Below are positions 1 to 9,082 of a stretch of 24,000 bases of DNA, piece by piece. This stretch comes from Pseudochrobactrum asaccharolyticum. Lineage in GTDB: Bacteria; Pseudomonadota; Alphaproteobacteria; Rhizobiales; Rhizobiaceae. The notes beneath the pieces were generated by a model. The model searched no databases. It had not been told where the DNA came from and saw nothing but the letters and a program-made list of their open reading frames with translations. The first letter of the stretch is position 1. Every line of letters begins with the position of its first letter. The position numbers and the translations under genes are program-made. The DNA lies in assembly GCF_003314995.1 (NCBI RefSeq), contig NZ_QNRH01000001.1:659436-683435 (forward strand). Direction: 5' to 3'.

Positions 1-540
1 AACCGGAATATTCATCTTGGCACGAAGCTGTTCTTCAACTTCGAAGCACTCAGGAGCCTTGATATCTTCCAGATTGATGCCGCCAAAGGTTGGTTCCAGT
101 GCGGAGATGACATCAACCATACGCTCGACTTTAAGTGAGTCGATTTCAATGTCGAAAACATCAATATCAGCAAACTTTTTGAACAGAACGGCTTTGCCTT
201 CCATCACCGGCTTGGAAGCCAGCGGGCCGATATTGCCAAGGCCGAGAACGGCTGTACCGTTGGAGATCACTGCGACCAGATTGGCTCGTGCAGTGTAATC
301 GGCAGCCAGTGCCGGATCATCCTGAATGGCAAGGCAAGGCGCGGCAACGCCCGGGGAATAGGCAAGAGCCAGATCGCGCTGGTTGCCAAGCGTTTTTGTC
401 GGCTGAATTTCCAGCTTACCCGGCTTTGGTGAGCGGTGATAAAACAGCGCCGCTTCTTCGAAATCAGAAAATTTTCTCTCTGTACCGGCACCCTGTGCGG
501 TACCGGTTTTGTTTGTGTCGTTGGATGAATTTTTTGTCAT
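1..540 (-). CDS. maeB: NADP-dependent malic enzyme, N-terminal part (truncated by the window edge)
   Basis: Open minus-strand frame from ATG at 540 to the window edge, translating to [132 protein letters not shown]. The [15 protein letters not shown] and [11 protein letters not shown] motifs are typical of large MaeB-type malic enzymes. Confidence 0.93.
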   Translation of the reverse strand, partial: MTKNSSNDTNKTGTAQGAGTERKFSDFEEAALFYHRSPKPGKLEIQPTKTLGNQRDLALAYSPGVAAPCLAIQDDPALAADYTARANLVAVISNGTAVLGLGNIGPLASKPVMEGKAVLFKKFADIDVFDIEIDSLKVERMVDVISALEPTFGGINLEDIKAPECFEVEEQLRAKMNIPV

Positions 541-907
541 GTAATAATTGTCCAGTCAGACGATTGGGGCAGCCATCCCCGTGACAGCTAAGCAATTTCA
601 AGAACGCTAAATCGTTGGAGCGGCGAAATCAGTTGCATAGGCTGATTTTGTAGTCCGCTGCGATCCGTCCGAAACCGCATTATACCAAAACACTTTGGCA
701 CATTTGTCACAAAGGGAGGCTCTTCGGACAAGCTGTACCATTTAGATGGAATAAGGTCGTATATGGGATAATTGAGCAAGTTACAAATCACAGACTGCTC
801 ATTCATCGGGGTAAAAATCAAAAAAAATACGGTTTTGCGGGTTATGGCAGGAAAAGGTCGCGCGATTATGTCTCACTTTGACAAAATCGCGCTTAACCGA
901 ATGTCAG

Positions 908-1900
908 TTAACCCCACAATTCAGGGAGTGGCGGGGATACAGTTGTGCCGTCATAATGCAATGCCGGTTCACGGTCTTTTGCCAATAATAGTGGGCCGTC
1001 GAGGTCAACAAAATCAGCATCCTGCGCCACCATCAGGGCAGGTGCCATGGCGAGTGACGAGCCGACCATGCAGCCCACCATCACCTGAAGGCCAAGTGAA
1101 CGGGCTTTGTCACGCATGATCAGGGCTTCAGTCAGGCCGCCGGTCTTATCCAGCTTGATATTGACTGCATCATAGCGGTCTTTCAGCTTTTCCAGACCTT
1201 CGGATGTATGGGCGCTTTCATCGGCACAAACCGGAACAGGGCGGTTGGCCTGCAGCAGATAGCTGTCATCAGATGATGGCAAAGGCTGTTCAATCAGGCC
1301 GATTTTACATTCTGCCGCAACGCCGATATTTTCCGCAAAGTTGTCCGGATTCCAGCCTTCATTGGCATCCAGAATGATCTGCGCGTTTGGTGCGGCACTA
1401 CGCACGGCACGAATGCGGTCTGCATCATTCTCGCCGCCGATTTTGACTTTGATCAGCGGGTGGTGCGCGAGCTTCGCAGTGGCTGCGGCCATTGCTTCCG
1501 GCGTATCTATAGAAACGGTGATGGCGGTAATCAGCGGGCGCGGGGTCAGATTGAGCAGTGCCGCAGCTGTGGTGCCGGATTGCTTGGCCTGCAAATCCCA
1601 CAAGGCGCAGTCAACGGCATTACGTGCGGCACCTGCCGGCATTGCAGTCTGCAATTTGAGACGCAGGGATTCTGCCGAGCCGCCTGCTTTCAGCAAAGGC
1701 TCAACGGCGCGGATCTGATCGCTGACTGATTCTATGCTTTCGCCATAGCGTGCATAGGGCACACATTCACCGTGCCCCCTGTGAATACCGTCACTCAATT
1801 CACACACTACGATAACAGCTTCGGTTTTGGAGCCGCGCGAGATTGTAAATTTGCCTGCAATCGGGTAGCGCTCAATAAGCAGATTAAGATTATATTGCAT
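908..1900 (-). CDS. ycjG: Dipeptide (L-Ala-D/L-Glu) epimerase, enolase superfamily
   Basis: 330 aa ORF with KVKIGG, DANEGW, EQPLP and CADES motifs, plus 'VNIKLDKTGGLTEAL', of the muconate-lactonizing/dipeptide epimerase family. Confidence 0.85.
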   Translation of the reverse strand: MQYNLNLLIERYPIAGKFTISRGSKTEAVIVVCELSDGIHRGHGECVPYARYGESIESVSDQIRAVEPLLKAGGSAESLRLKLQTAMPAGAARNAVDCALWDLQAKQSGTTAAALLNLTPRPLITAITVSIDTPEAMAAATAKLAHHPLIKVKIGGENDADRIRAVRSAAPNAQIILDANEGWNPDNFAENIGVAAECKIGLIEQPLPSSDDSYLLQANRPVPVCADESAHTSEGLEKLKDRYDAVNIKLDKTGGLTEALIMRDKARSLGLQVMVGCMVGSSLAMAPALMVAQDADFVDLDGPLLLAKDREPALHYDGTTVSPPLPELWG

Positions 1901-1928
1901 TGGTACTGTCCGTAATTATAGAATTTTA

Positions 1929-1966
1929 CGTCTGTAATGATGCATTTAGACTAAATGATACAGACG
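1929..1966. promoter_or_regulatory. Nested inverted repeat in a divergent intergenic region (possible operator or hairpin)
   Basis: CGTCTGTA (1929-1936) pairs with TACAGACG (1959-1966). Inside it is the 15 bp palindrome CATTTAG-A-CTAAATG (1943-1957). Confidence 0.5.
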
Positions 1967-2079
1967 TTCGGGTTTATCAGAGGCCTGATAGATGTGAATA
2001 TGTTGCCCTAAGAGATGGAAATAGTCCGGCATAGTACTGAGCCGGTTATCACCATACAGACTCAAGTTTTGGATAATGC

Positions 2080-3267
2080 ATGTTGACCGATAAAAAGGGT
2101 AAAACAAGTAGTAACCCAGCCTCCGCACCGGAAATAAATGTGGTGCCGGATGATGCGGGAACTATTGTCACTTTATCCGGTCACTGGACATCGCTGACAG
2201 TTGCGCGCGTTGATAATCAGATGCGCAAGCTGGAAAGCGGTCTGGCTGAAAAACTGCCGTCAAAGATTGTAAAACTGGATATGGGCAGCATATCCGGCCT
2301 TGATACAGCCGGTGCATGGTTGATTGAGCGCCTGCGTGTGGCGCTGAGCAAGCAGCAGGTCAGCGTGCATATTGAGAATATACGCCCGAGCTGGTCGCCG
2401 TTGCTCCAAGAGGTTGGCGCCGCCGTTGAACGCTATCAGGTGCCGGAAAAGCCGCAGCGTCCGTTTTTTGTGATTTCGCTGCTCGATAAGCTTGGCCGTT
2501 TAATGTATGCGGCGCGTGACGATTTTCTGATGTCGATGCATATTCTCGGCGCGACAATCCGTGGCTCGCAGATGAAGTCCGGTCGTGGCAACGGCATTGG
2601 TTATGCGGCGATTGTCAATCAGATTGACCGGATGGGCGTTGGTGCGATTCCGGTCGTGCTGCTGATGTCCACGATTATCGGTGCGATTATTGCCCAGCAG
2701 GGCGCATTTCAGTTGCGCTATTTCGGCGCGGAAATCTTCGTGGTCGATCTGGTCGGTATTCTGGTGCTGCGTGAAATCGGGGTGCTGTTGACCGCAATTA
2801 TGATTGCGGGGCGTTCCGGCAGTGCGATTACTGCTGAAATTGGTTCGATGAAAATGCGCGAGGAAACCGATGCGCTGACCGTCATTGGGCTTAATCCTGT
2901 CGGTGTTCTGGTGTTTCCGCGTTTGGTGGCGCTGGTGATTATCCTGCCGATGCTGACCATTATTGCTGATTTGGCAGCGCTGGCCGGTGCCGGTTTCATT
3001 GCATGGACCTATTCGGGCATTCCGCCGGAAGCGTTTATGAGTCGCCTGCGTGACGCGATTGTGACCTCAACCTATCTTGCAGGTCTGATTAAAGCGCCGT
3101 TTATGGCGATGATTATCGGTATTATGGCCTCGGTTGAAGGCATGAAGGTGAAAGGCAGTGCGGAATCACTGGGGCGGCGAGTGACGTCATCAGTGGTGAA
3201 ATCTATTTTCGTGGTAATTGTCGTGGATGGTATGTTTGCGATTTTCTACGCGGCAATTGATTTTTAA
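2080..3267 (+). CDS. mlaE: MlaE-family ABC transporter permease with N-terminal STAS (MlaB-like) domain
   Basis: 395 aa. The N-terminal ~110 aa are STAS-like (VKLDMGSISGLDTAGAWLIERL). The C-terminal part is a multi-TM permease with MlaE motifs (EIGSMKMREETDALTVIGLNPVGVLVFPR). Confidence 0.93.
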   Translation: MLTDKKGKTSSNPASAPEINVVPDDAGTIVTLSGHWTSLTVARVDNQMRKLESGLAEKLPSKIVKLDMGSISGLDTAGAWLIERLRVALSKQQVSVHIENIRPSWSPLLQEVGAAVERYQVPEKPQRPFFVISLLDKLGRLMYAARDDFLMSMHILGATIRGSQMKSGRGNGIGYAAIVNQIDRMGVGAIPVVLLMSTIIGAIIAQQGAFQLRYFGAEIFVVDLVGILVLREIGVLLTAIMIAGRSGSAITAEIGSMKMREETDALTVIGLNPVGVLVFPRLVALVIILPMLTIIADLAALAGAGFIAWTYSGIPPEAFMSRLRDAIVTSTYLAGLIKAPFMAMIIGIMASVEGMKVKGSAESLGRRVTSSVVKSIFVVIVVDGMFAIFYAAIDF

Positions 3268-3284
3268 AATCAGAACGATAACGG

Positions 3285-4223
3285 ATGAATATGAATTCTC
3301 AGAATAACCGTCAGACATTACAGCAGGAGAATACGGACGCGGCATCAGATGCCGTGATTTCCGTGCGTGATGTCACGGTTGCGTTCGGCCGCAATGTGAT
3401 TTTGGACAAGTTGGATCTGGATATCCGGCGCGGTGAAGTGCTGGGTTTTATTGGTCCGTCCGGCTCCGGTAAATCTGTTCTGATGCGTACCATTCTGGGG
3501 CTGACCCAAAAGAAATCCGGCCTGATTGATATTTTCGGGCAGGATGTCGATAAGGTCAATGAACGCCAGCGCATGGCCATTGATATGCGTATGGGCGTGC
3601 TGTTCCAGCAGGGGGCTTTGTTTTCTTCGCTGACGGTGCTGGAAAATATTCAGGTGCCGATGCGGGAATATCTCGATCTGCCGCCAAAACTGATGAATGA
3701 GCTGGCACGCCTGAAAATCGATCTGGTCGGTTTGAAGCCGGATACAGCAGAGAAATATCCGTCGGAACTCTCCGGCGGGATGATCAAACGTGCCGCACTG
3801 GCACGCGCACTGGCGCTTGATCCTGAAGTTGTGTTTCTGGATGAGCCGACATCGGGGCTTGATCCTATCGGCGCGGCGGATTTTGACGATCTGATCGCTA
3901 ACTTACGTGATACGATGGGGCTAACCGTCTATATGGTAACCCATGATCTTGATAGCCTTTTTGCAATTTGTGACCGAATTGCTGTATTAGGACAAAAGAA
4001 AGTACTGGTAGACGGTACAGTTGAAGAATTGCTGAAATGCGACGATCCTTGGGTGCAGACCTATTTCAATGGCAAGCGTGCGCGGCAGATTGACAAAAAT
4101 GCGGCTAATCGCCGGAAAACGGGCTCACCCCCACCGGATAAGGCAGCAGAAGCTGGCATGACTGAAACGAAAGGTTCCTCTGCGGACCAAGGCACAAAAC
4201 AAGATACGGAAACGAAACAGTAA
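3285..4223 (+). CDS. mlaF: Mla-type ABC transporter ATP-binding protein
   Basis: 312 aa with Walker A GPSGSGKS, signature LSGGMIKRAALARALALDPEVVFLDEPTSGLDP, and H-loop VTHD. Located between the permease and MCE genes. Confidence 0.93.
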   Translation: MNMNSQNNRQTLQQENTDAASDAVISVRDVTVAFGRNVILDKLDLDIRRGEVLGFIGPSGSGKSVLMRTILGLTQKKSGLIDIFGQDVDKVNERQRMAIDMRMGVLFQQGALFSSLTVLENIQVPMREYLDLPPKLMNELARLKIDLVGLKPDTAEKYPSELSGGMIKRAALARALALDPEVVFLDEPTSGLDPIGAADFDDLIANLRDTMGLTVYMVTHDLDSLFAICDRIAVLGQKKVLVDGTVEELLKCDDPWVQTYFNGKRARQIDKNAANRRKTGSPPPDKAAEAGMTETKGSSADQGTKQDTETKQ

Positions 4224-5218
4224 TGGAAACAAAAGCCAATTATGTTCTGGTCGGTATTTTCACACTGGTTGTGACGATTGCCGCCTTTGGTTTTGTGTAT
4301 TGGGCTGCCCGTTTCGGTGATAATAGCGATACGCTGCCTCTCGAAATCCGTATTCCGGGCTCGGTAACCGGTCTGTCCAAGGGCAGTCAGGTGCTGTTCA
4401 ACGGTATTAAGGTTGGTGACGTCCGTCAGATGTTCCTTGATCCGCTCAATCCGAATATGGTGATTGTGCAATCTGAGGTAAACCGCACCACACCGATCAC
4501 CCGTTCGACCAAAGCTGAATTGTCGTCGCAGGGTTTGACCGGTATCAGTTTTATTGAGCTCAAGGGCGGTAGCCTGATGGAGCCGAACCTGATGGAAGAA
4601 GCGGATAAAGGCGGCTATGTTGCGCGTATCAATGCTGATCCATCAATTTTCACTGATCTGATGGCGACCGCGAAAGATATTTTCGGCCGCACAGAGCGTG
4701 TGCTTGGCGGTTTGGAAGGCTTCGTCAATGATGCTCGTGGTCCGCTGACCGATACAGTCAATAATGCCAAGACCTTTACGGATGCATTGGCTAAGAACGC
4801 TGATGTGATCAGTGCTATCGGTGATAATGCGGCTGACGTACAAAAAACCATTCAGGAAGCACGCGAAATGATGGAACGCCTGAACGCGGCTTCCAAGCGT
4901 GTGGATGGCATTATGGCTAAGGTCGATAAGATGCTGTCACCTGAGGATCGTGACGGTGTTGTTGCACAGGCAAGGGCGACGCTCGCATCTATTCAGAAAA
5001 CATCGGATAATCTGGACAAGCGTCTGGCACCGATTGCCGAAAACCTGTCGCGTTTCTCAGGCAAGGGTTTGAGCGATGTACAGTCGGTTGTTGTCGATAG
5101 CCGTCGCTCATTGCAGCGCATTGAGCAGGCCATTACAGATCTTGAACGTGATCCGCAGCGCATAATCTTTGGCGGTTCAGGTACCGTACCGCAATATGAC
5201 GGAAGGAAGCGCCACTAA
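4223..5218 (+). CDS. mlaD: MCE/MlaD-domain substrate-binding protein
   Basis: 331 aa. N-terminal TM anchor, then MCE domain (GSVTGLSKGSQVLFNGIKVGDVRQMFLDPLNPNMVIVQSEV), then a helical tail. Start overlaps the mlaF stop (TAATG). Confidence 0.92.
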   Translation: METKANYVLVGIFTLVVTIAAFGFVYWAARFGDNSDTLPLEIRIPGSVTGLSKGSQVLFNGIKVGDVRQMFLDPLNPNMVIVQSEVNRTTPITRSTKAELSSQGLTGISFIELKGGSLMEPNLMEEADKGGYVARINADPSIFTDLMATAKDIFGRTERVLGGLEGFVNDARGPLTDTVNNAKTFTDALAKNADVISAIGDNAADVQKTIQEAREMMERLNAASKRVDGIMAKVDKMLSPEDRDGVVAQARATLASIQKTSDNLDKRLAPIAENLSRFSGKGLSDVQSVVVDSRRSLQRIEQAITDLERDPQRIIFGGSGTVPQYDGRKRH

Positions 5219-5811
5219 TGCTGAAATCTATTCTGAATTACAGACTGGCTGTTCTCGGCGCTACAGCATTGCTGGCCGGTTGTGCTTCAAGCACACCGCT
5301 GGATACATTCAGCCTCAGTACCACACAGGTACAGGTGGCGCAGAAGCGTAAGAATGTGCAGATTTTGGTGCCGACACCGGCAGCACTTAAAGCGCTGGAT
5401 AGCGAGAATATCGTTATTCATGATGCGCCGGGCTCAATCACCTATCTCAAAGGCGCCCAATGGGGCGACCGTCTGACCAATCTGGTACAGGCGCGTCTGG
5501 TGCAAGCTTTTGAAAACAGCAATGCAGTAGGTGGTGTCGGCCGTCCGGGTGATGGTCTGGCGATTAATTATCAGGTTCAGGCAGATTTGCGTGATTTTGG
5601 TATTACGGCATCGTCGTCGCCGCAAACTGCCCGTATTGAGCTGGCCGTGCGCGTGTTGAATGACAAAACCGGTGAAGTTCGCGCAACACGTGTCTTTACT
5701 TCAACGGCACCGGTGAGTGGCGCAGGCAACAAAGCCTATATCCGTGCGCTGGATGCCGGTTTCAATGATGTGACCCGTCAGATCGTGGCATGGGTTGTTT
5801 CTGTTATTTAA
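5218..5811 (+). CDS. ABC-type transport auxiliary lipoprotein (PqiC/ABC_trans_aux-like)
   Basis: 197 aa with lipobox LLAGCASS. Overlaps the mlaD stop and is in the usual position for the auxiliary lipoprotein of alphaproteobacterial Mla-like operons. Confidence 0.85.
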   Translation: MLKSILNYRLAVLGATALLAGCASSTPLDTFSLSTTQVQVAQKRKNVQILVPTPAALKALDSENIVIHDAPGSITYLKGAQWGDRLTNLVQARLVQAFENSNAVGGVGRPGDGLAINYQVQADLRDFGITASSSPQTARIELAVRVLNDKTGEVRATRVFTSTAPVSGAGNKAYIRALDAGFNDVTRQIVAWVVSVI

Positions 5812-5880
5812 TAAAGGCGGAACCTGAAGCGATATTGAAGCGTTGGGTAATCGGAATTTTATTCTCATCATTGTTTTAAT

Positions 5881-5910
5881 AAAGGCGGCTTTGATGCCGC
5901 CTTTTTTCTT
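5881..5910 (+). terminator. Rho-independent terminator after the mla operon
   Basis: Stem AAAGGCGGC (5881-5889), loop TTTGAT, stem GCCGCCTTT (5896-5904), followed by a T-rich run. Confidence 0.85.
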
Positions 5911-6025
5911 CTTAATTCGATGAAAGAAAAATATTCTGTCTGCTGTATAAAATGCAGCAGTAAGCAGATGCGATTCTCTGGATACAGCTTAGGCTGACAG
6001 GGATTAACAGGGGGGAACAGGCCGT

Positions 6026-7798
6026 ATGACCTTGCAACAGATACTGGCGCTGGCGGTTATCGCTGTGATGATGGCGGTCTTTATCTGGGGGCGTTTCCGC
6101 TACGATGTTGTCGCCCTGTGTTTTCTGCTGATTGCTGTCGCGCTCGGGCTGGTGCCTTATGATCATGCCTTTACCGGTTTTGCCGATGATATTGTGATCA
6201 TTGTCGGGAGTGCGCTGGTCGTGAGTGCAGGTGTTGCGCGTTCCGGCCTGATGGAAGCAGCCGTGCAGCGCTTCGTGCCCCACCTCAATGCGATACGGAT
6301 ACAAATGCTGTTGTTGGTTACAGTAGTGACCGTGCTGTCTGCGTTCGTTAAAAATGTCGGTGCGCTGGCGATTATGATTCCGGTGGCGATGCAGTTTGCC
6401 CGCCGTTCCAATGTCTCTCCGTCGGTGTTTCTGATGCCGATGGCCTTTGGTGCGCTCCTGGGCGGGTTGATGACACAGGTCGGTACCTCTCCGAATATTG
6501 TGGTTTCCCGCGTGCGTGCGGAGATGGTGGGCGAGAGCTTCACCATGTTTGATTTTACGCCGGTTGGTGCCACGCTTGCTGTGGTCGGTATTATCTATCT
6601 GACTCTGTTCTATAAGCTGGTGCCGCAGCGCAAACGCGAGAATGTCAGTGTCGATGAGGCGATTGAAATCCGCAATTATGTCTCGGAGGCACGGGTGCCG
6701 AAAGGTGCGCCGATCATTGGCAAAAAAGTCACCGATCTGATGAAACCTGCCGAAGGCAGCGCGATGGTTACATCCATCCTGCGTGACGTGAAACGTGTCG
6801 CGCCACTGCCGGATACGGTGATTGCCGAGGGGGATATCATTCTGCTGGAGGGTGACCCGAAAGCGCTTGATGCAATTGTCAGTAATGCCAAACTTAAATT
6901 GACAGAAGACCGTGTGCCTTCGGAAAATGCCGGTTCGGCTGAGATTGAAGCGGTTGAAGCGGTGATCGGCAAGAATTCGGCGCTGATCGGCACCTCTGCG
7001 CGTAGCCTTAATCTCTATGAAAATTATGATGTGAACCTGCTCGCCGTGAGTCGTCAGGGAGAGCGTATCAGCGAGCGTCTGCGAGAGGTCGTGCTGCATC
7101 AGGGCGATGTTGTCGTGTTGCAGGGGCGGCAGGGTATTTTGCCGCCATTGCTACGCGAGCTGGGATGTCTGCCACTGGCACGCCGCACCATTCTGCTGGG
7201 CAGTGTGCGCCGTGGTCTGATACCGCTGTCGATCCTGCTGGTGGCCATTGTCGCAACTGCACTCGGGCTGGTTCCGGTTTCTATTGCGTTTTTTGCGGCA
7301 GCGGTGGCGATGGTGGTATTTCGCGCTATTCCTGTCAGCGAGGTCTATTCCGCAGTGGACGGGCCAATTCTTGTAATGCTGGCTGCGCTTATACCGGTCA
7401 GTGATGCGCTGCGTACCACTGGGGCGACCGATGTGATTGCTCAATGGCTGACGATTTTTGCTCAACAAATGCCACCGGCAGGGGCATTGGCGCTGATATT
7501 GATTACGGCGATGGCAGTAACACCATTTCTCAATAATGCCGCGACGGTGCTGGTTATGGCGCCGATTGCCACCAGTTTTGCTGCTGGTCTTGGTTTCAGA
7601 CCAGAAGCTTTTCTGATGGCCGTGGCGATTGGTGCCGGTTGCGATTTCCTCTCACCGATCGGGCATCAGTGTAACACGCTGGTTATGGGCCCGGGCGGAT
7701 ATCGCTTCGGCGATTTTCCGCGCCTTGGCCTGCCACTGTCCTTTATCATCATTCTGGTGGCAGTGCCGGTGCTGATGTTCTGGTGGCCGTTGCAGTAA
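6026..7798 (+). CDS. SLC13-family (ArsB/NhaD superfamily) permease with central TrkA-C-like domains
   Basis: 590 aa. Two TM halves with the G.LMTQVGTSPNIVVSRVRAEM and GAGCDFLSPIGHQCNTLVMGPGGYRFGDF signatures. A central soluble region has two RCK-C-like repeats (...VIAEGDIILLEGDPKAL / VLHQGDVVVLQGRQGIL). Confidence 0.9.
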   Translation: MTLQQILALAVIAVMMAVFIWGRFRYDVVALCFLLIAVALGLVPYDHAFTGFADDIVIIVGSALVVSAGVARSGLMEAAVQRFVPHLNAIRIQMLLLVTVVTVLSAFVKNVGALAIMIPVAMQFARRSNVSPSVFLMPMAFGALLGGLMTQVGTSPNIVVSRVRAEMVGESFTMFDFTPVGATLAVVGIIYLTLFYKLVPQRKRENVSVDEAIEIRNYVSEARVPKGAPIIGKKVTDLMKPAEGSAMVTSILRDVKRVAPLPDTVIAEGDIILLEGDPKALDAIVSNAKLKLTEDRVPSENAGSAEIEAVEAVIGKNSALIGTSARSLNLYENYDVNLLAVSRQGERISERLREVVLHQGDVVVLQGRQGILPPLLRELGCLPLARRTILLGSVRRGLIPLSILLVAIVATALGLVPVSIAFFAAAVAMVVFRAIPVSEVYSAVDGPILVMLAALIPVSDALRTTGATDVIAQWLTIFAQQMPPAGALALILITAMAVTPFLNNAATVLVMAPIATSFAAGLGFRPEAFLMAVAIGAGCDFLSPIGHQCNTLVMGPGGYRFGDFPRLGLPLSFIIILVAVPVLMFWWPLQ

Positions 7799-7901
7799 TA
7801 CCAAAGACTAATGAGCATGACTCATTGGTCTTTGGTTAAGCCCGAGTGGCGATTGAACATTTCAAGGCGTGATGCGTTAGCATCTTGAGCCGCCTTGGTA
7901 T
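7798..7901. repeat. ~104 bp palindromic intergenic repeat element (MITE/REP-like candidate)
   Basis: Outer inverted ends ATACCAA (7798-7804) / TTGGTAT (7895-7901). Left hairpin ACCAAAGACTAATGAG / CTCATTGGTCTTTGGT (7800-7836, one G:T). Right hairpins TCAAG..CTTGA and GATGC-gtta-GCATC, with CAAGGCG / CGCCTTG. Confidence 0.6.
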
Positions 7902-7910
7902 AAGTGACGA

Positions 7911-8996
7911 TCAACCGGCCATAAAGCCGGTTAAATCTTTCTGCCAATATCCGGCAACGAGAGTCTGATCGCGCGATTTATCGAGCTGTTTGCGCCAATA
8001 GTCGCGCATGATTTTTGCATGGTCGGCTTCAGCGGCAAACCAGCCGAAACTGTCATTACCTTCCGGCCAGGGCAGGGCGCACAATCTGTCCGTCAGTTCT
8101 GTTGCGGCTGCCTGCTGATCAGAATTTATGATCCAGTCAATCGTCACACCTTCCGGATGTGCCAGTGGCTGAATATCGGCTTGGCTATCGACTGCAATCA
8201 GCGCATGGCCGGTAACATCCGGTGCAAATTCTTCCAGCATCCGCCCCACAGCGGGCAGGCCGGTCATATCAGCGCCGATCAGATATTGTTTTGCCTGTCG
8301 CAATGGACGACCCACAGGTCCCATCAGGCCGATTTTATCACCGGATTTGGCCTGCTTTGCCCATTGGCAGGCCAGCCCTTCGGTTTCATGAATATAGAAA
8401 TCAATCTCCATCCAGCCTTCGATAATATTGAGATTGCGGATGGTATAGGCGCGGGCGGCAGGACGGTTTTCTTCATCCGGCCAGAATGGCAGGCCATTCG
8501 GCCCCATAATCGGCCAGACGGGTTGTGGCACATCCTCTGTCGGCAAGAGCAGGCGGACATGCATGGCACCAAACAGGGAGAAGCGTGTGAGATCTTCACC
8601 GTTGAAACGGATGCGCAGCATATGCGGGGTGTAATAATGCGCTGAGACTACTGTCATCTGCCGGAATTGCGGCAGCGGCTGCTCACCAGCCTGATCACCT
8701 TCCCAGAGAATTTCCGGTGCTTCTTCTTTGGTGTAAAGTTTAATGGCGACGGCGGCGAGATCTTTCAGGCGGCTTAAACCGACATTTTCGGAAGCGCGGA
8801 GTGTTACCAGATAGCCGTCTGTGTTCGATTTCAGTTCGATATGTCCGAAACTATAATGAAACGCATGTTGCTCTTCGTGCAGATCATAATGTGCTTCATA
8901 GGAATTCAAACGGTCAATGATCGGTGGCAGATAAGCGGAACCATTATTGAGCCGGATATGGGCATAGCTGTGCAAAGTGGTTGAATGTTGTGACAC
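7911..8996 (-). CDS. Siderophore-interacting protein (FAD/NADPH ferric-siderophore reductase family) with N-terminal DUF2218-like domain
   Basis: 361 aa. MHVRLLLP, RAYTIRN and GPVGRP.. FAD-binding motifs, and a C-terminal SIP domain (GYWQ). The N-terminal ~95 aa resemble DUF2218 (YLPPIIDRL...HFDL..). Confidence 0.88.
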   Translation of the reverse strand: MSQHSTTLHSYAHIRLNNGSAYLPPIIDRLNSYEAHYDLHEEQHAFHYSFGHIELKSNTDGYLVTLRASENVGLSRLKDLAAVAIKLYTKEEAPEILWEGDQAGEQPLPQFRQMTVVSAHYYTPHMLRIRFNGEDLTRFSLFGAMHVRLLLPTEDVPQPVWPIMGPNGLPFWPDEENRPAARAYTIRNLNIIEGWMEIDFYIHETEGLACQWAKQAKSGDKIGLMGPVGRPLRQAKQYLIGADMTGLPAVGRMLEEFAPDVTGHALIAVDSQADIQPLAHPEGVTIDWIINSDQQAAATELTDRLCALPWPEGNDSFGWFAAEADHAKIMRDYWRKQLDKSRDQTLVAGYWQKDLTGFMAG

Positions 8997-9030
8997 GGTG
9001 TTCTCGATTTCAGAAACGGAGCTAAAACAG

Positions 9031-9059
9031 AAAAAAGACAGGCAGCACTCTGCTGCCTG
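9031..9059 (-). terminator. Rho-independent terminator downstream of the TonB-dependent receptor gene
   Basis: On the minus strand: CAGGCAGCA-gag-TGCTGCCTG followed by TCTTTTTTCTG. Confidence 0.8.
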
Positions 9060-9082
9060 CCAGACTGGAGAGAGTTGGCGTA

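Noticed and set aside
588-907. Small ORFs (588..821 -, 772..1119 +) in the malic enzyme/epimerase gap
   Set aside because: Short, no recognisable motif, and 772..1119 overlaps the epimerase gene; no coding support.
5912-7099. 395 aa minus-strand ORF antisense to the SLC13 permease
   Set aside because: Low-complexity His/Arg/Gln/Asn-rich translation opposite a well-supported TM transporter; shadow ORF.
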